Virus record (IMG/VR): IMGVR_UViG_3300025277_000062
Location: 1 to 35,911 of that record
Reading direction: 5' to 3' (one strand)
DNA: 35,911 nt
Source: a virus
Taxonomy: Duplodnaviria; Caudoviricetes
Part shown: positions 34,847 through 35,911 of the stretch, piece by piece
Position numbering within the stretch: position 1 is the first letter of the stretch
Layout: every line of letters starts with the position of its first letter
Position numbers and translations under genes: made by a program
The notes under the pieces: generated by a model
The model's database searches: none
The model's input: the letters and a program-made list of their open reading frames with translations, nothing else
Told to the model about the DNA's origin: nothing

Positions 34847-35173
34847 ATGACTGAGAGCAGAAAAAAACAATTAGATGATCTTTTAGCCGATGCTATAGAA
34901 ATGGGCGATGAGGATCAAATAGAAATTATTAAACAAGAGCTGTTTATGCTTAATCCATACTACGTTACAGAATACAATCAAGGTGGACATGTTAAAAGTT
35001 CAGCGGAAACTTCGGTTATTCCTGGTGCAGCAACTAAAGGCAGCGCACAGGGATCCACGATTCGCGGCCCACGGGCCAAGGGTTCAGCGGAAGGTTCCAC
35101 GATATCAATGAAACCCATGAAAATGAGATCAGGTGGTCTGGCCAAGCGCGGGTACGGGAAGGCAAGGAGATAG
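34847..35173 (+). CDS. Small protein ending in MRSGGLAKRGYGKARR
   Basis: AGGAGG RBS; internal KGSAxGSTI repeats. Confidence 0.75.
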   Translation: MTESRKKQLDDLLADAIEMGDEDQIEIIKQELFMLNPYYVTEYNQGGHVKSSAETSVIPGAATKGSAQGSTIRGPRAKGSAEGSTISMKPMKMRSGGLAKRGYGKARR

Positions 35174-35175
35174 AT

Positions 35176-35577
35176 ATGACAAAGTCACCCCATGAATTTG
35201 AAACTGAAGAAAATATTGAAAAGGCTTTAGAGGTCGGCAAGCTTAAAAAGAAGGTTAAAAAAATACCAAAAAAAATAAAAAAGCTGGCTAAAAGTGCATA
35301 TACCGACCCTATTCAAACAACAGCGAAAAAGCTAAAGAAGGAGGTCACGGAAGGCACCCCAAAAAGATATAAAAAGGGGTTTAAAAAGTTGGTCAAAAAA
35401 AGCCCTGAGGAGATCGTAAAGGAATCTTTCAAAGACCTAAAGACCGCTGCTAACGCAATAGAATCCCTGATACCCGGAAGAAAAGAAGCTTACCTAAAAA
35501 GAAGTAAAGGCGGCTCTGTTAGAAAATATAGTTCAGGAGGCGCAGCCAAACGTGGTTACGGGAAGGCAAGGAGATAA
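35176..35577 (+). CDS. Lys-rich small protein ending in YSSGGAAKRGYGKARR
   Basis: AAGGAG RBS supplied by the previous gene's tag; very basic. Confidence 0.75.
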   Translation: MTKSPHEFETEENIEKALEVGKLKKKVKKIPKKIKKLAKSAYTDPIQTTAKKLKKEVTEGTPKRYKKGFKKLVKKSPEEIVKESFKDLKTAANAIESLIPGRKEAYLKRSKGGSVRKYSSGGAAKRGYGKARR

Positions 35578-35747
35578 TGCATAACAATAAAAAAGGAAAA
35601 GGAAGCATGCTCAGCATCACCATTGAGCAAAAACCCATTAACAAGAAAACCATGGACATGATCAAGAACGCGGAAAAGACAGGCAATGTCGTGAAAATGA
35701 GAGCCGGCGGCGCAGCCAAGCGCGGTTACGGTAAGGCAAGAAGATAA
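35577..35747 (+). CDS. 56-aa basic protein ending in MRAGGAAKRGYGKARR (not in ORF track)
   Basis: TAATG coupling at both ends; MHNNKKGKGSMLSITIEQKPINKKTMDMIKNAEKTGNVVKMRAGGAAKRGYGKARR. Confidence 0.75.
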   Translation: MHNNKKGKGSMLSITIEQKPINKKTMDMIKNAEKTGNVVKMRAGGAAKRGYGKARR

Positions 35748-35911
35748 TGGCGGTTGATAAAAAAATTACCGGCGTTAAGGAAAACGTTTCCGTTATTGAA
35801 GACGATGTAAGCCTGAACGTTGAAGAGGGTGATGTTGTTAAAAGATTAAATGCGGAAGAGGAGATTGAAGTAGAGGAAACAGATGATGGCGGAGCCGTTG
35901 TTGACTTTGAT
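35747..35911 (+). CDS. Probable portal protein, N-terminus only (runs off the window)
   Basis: MAVDKK...EEEIEVEETDDGGAVVDFD acidic N-terminus; position just downstream of terL. Confidence 0.6.
   Translation, partial: MAVDKKITGVKENVSVIEDDVSLNVEEGDVVKRLNAEEEIEVEETDDGGAVVDFD

Noticed and set aside
35034-35719. Minus-strand ORFs 35034-35240 and 35519-35719
   Set aside because: Antisense to the translationally coupled tagged genes
34847-35747. Diversity-generating retroelement TR/VR pair
   Set aside because: Repeats are only 42 bp, differences are synonymous rather than adenine-specific, and no reverse transcriptase is in the window
1-35911. Stop-codon reassignment, or introns/inteins in core genes
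   Set aside because: TAA, TAG and TGA all end genes at tight junctions, and polA, terL and the helicases are uninterrupted and of normal length

Overview
This AT-rich window is most of a tailed dsDNA bacteriophage genome, probably podovirus-like. Its gene set resembles marine pelagiphage/uvMED-type phages. Recurrent AGAAAGGA-type ribosome-binding sites suggest an alphaproteobacterial host (inference). Layout from left to right: (i) a minus-strand auxiliary cluster with a glycosyltransferase and two 2OG-Fe(II) oxygenases (1-2.4 kb); (ii) plus-strand internal virion/ejection proteins (2.5-12.4 kb); (iii) a minus-strand replication operon with an SSB-like protein, primase, UvrD-like helicase, DUF6378-like protein, PD-(D/E)XK exonuclease, Leu762-type family A DNA polymerase, endonuclease VII and small membrane proteins (12.4-21.6 kb); (iv) a divergent SNF2 helicase plus small regulatory and Zn-finger ORFs (21.7-24.9 kb); (v) an iteron-like locus and terS, then a ~7.7 kb block of small, mostly minus-strand genes rich in repeats and palindromes, including a resolvase-like and a GP88-like gene; (vi) terL, three small proteins sharing one C-terminal tag, and the start of the probable portal gene. 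No capsid, integrase, tRNA or CRISPR array was seen. The most unusual signals are the shared GG(L/A)AKRGYGKARR C-terminal tag with related xxGG motifs in virion proteins, a strand-polarised CACTAAAC..CAAG motif seen only in the terS-terL region, cassette-like palindrome-plus-leader intergenic modules, and several candidate structured RNAs. All product calls come from motif recognition by eye; no searches were run.
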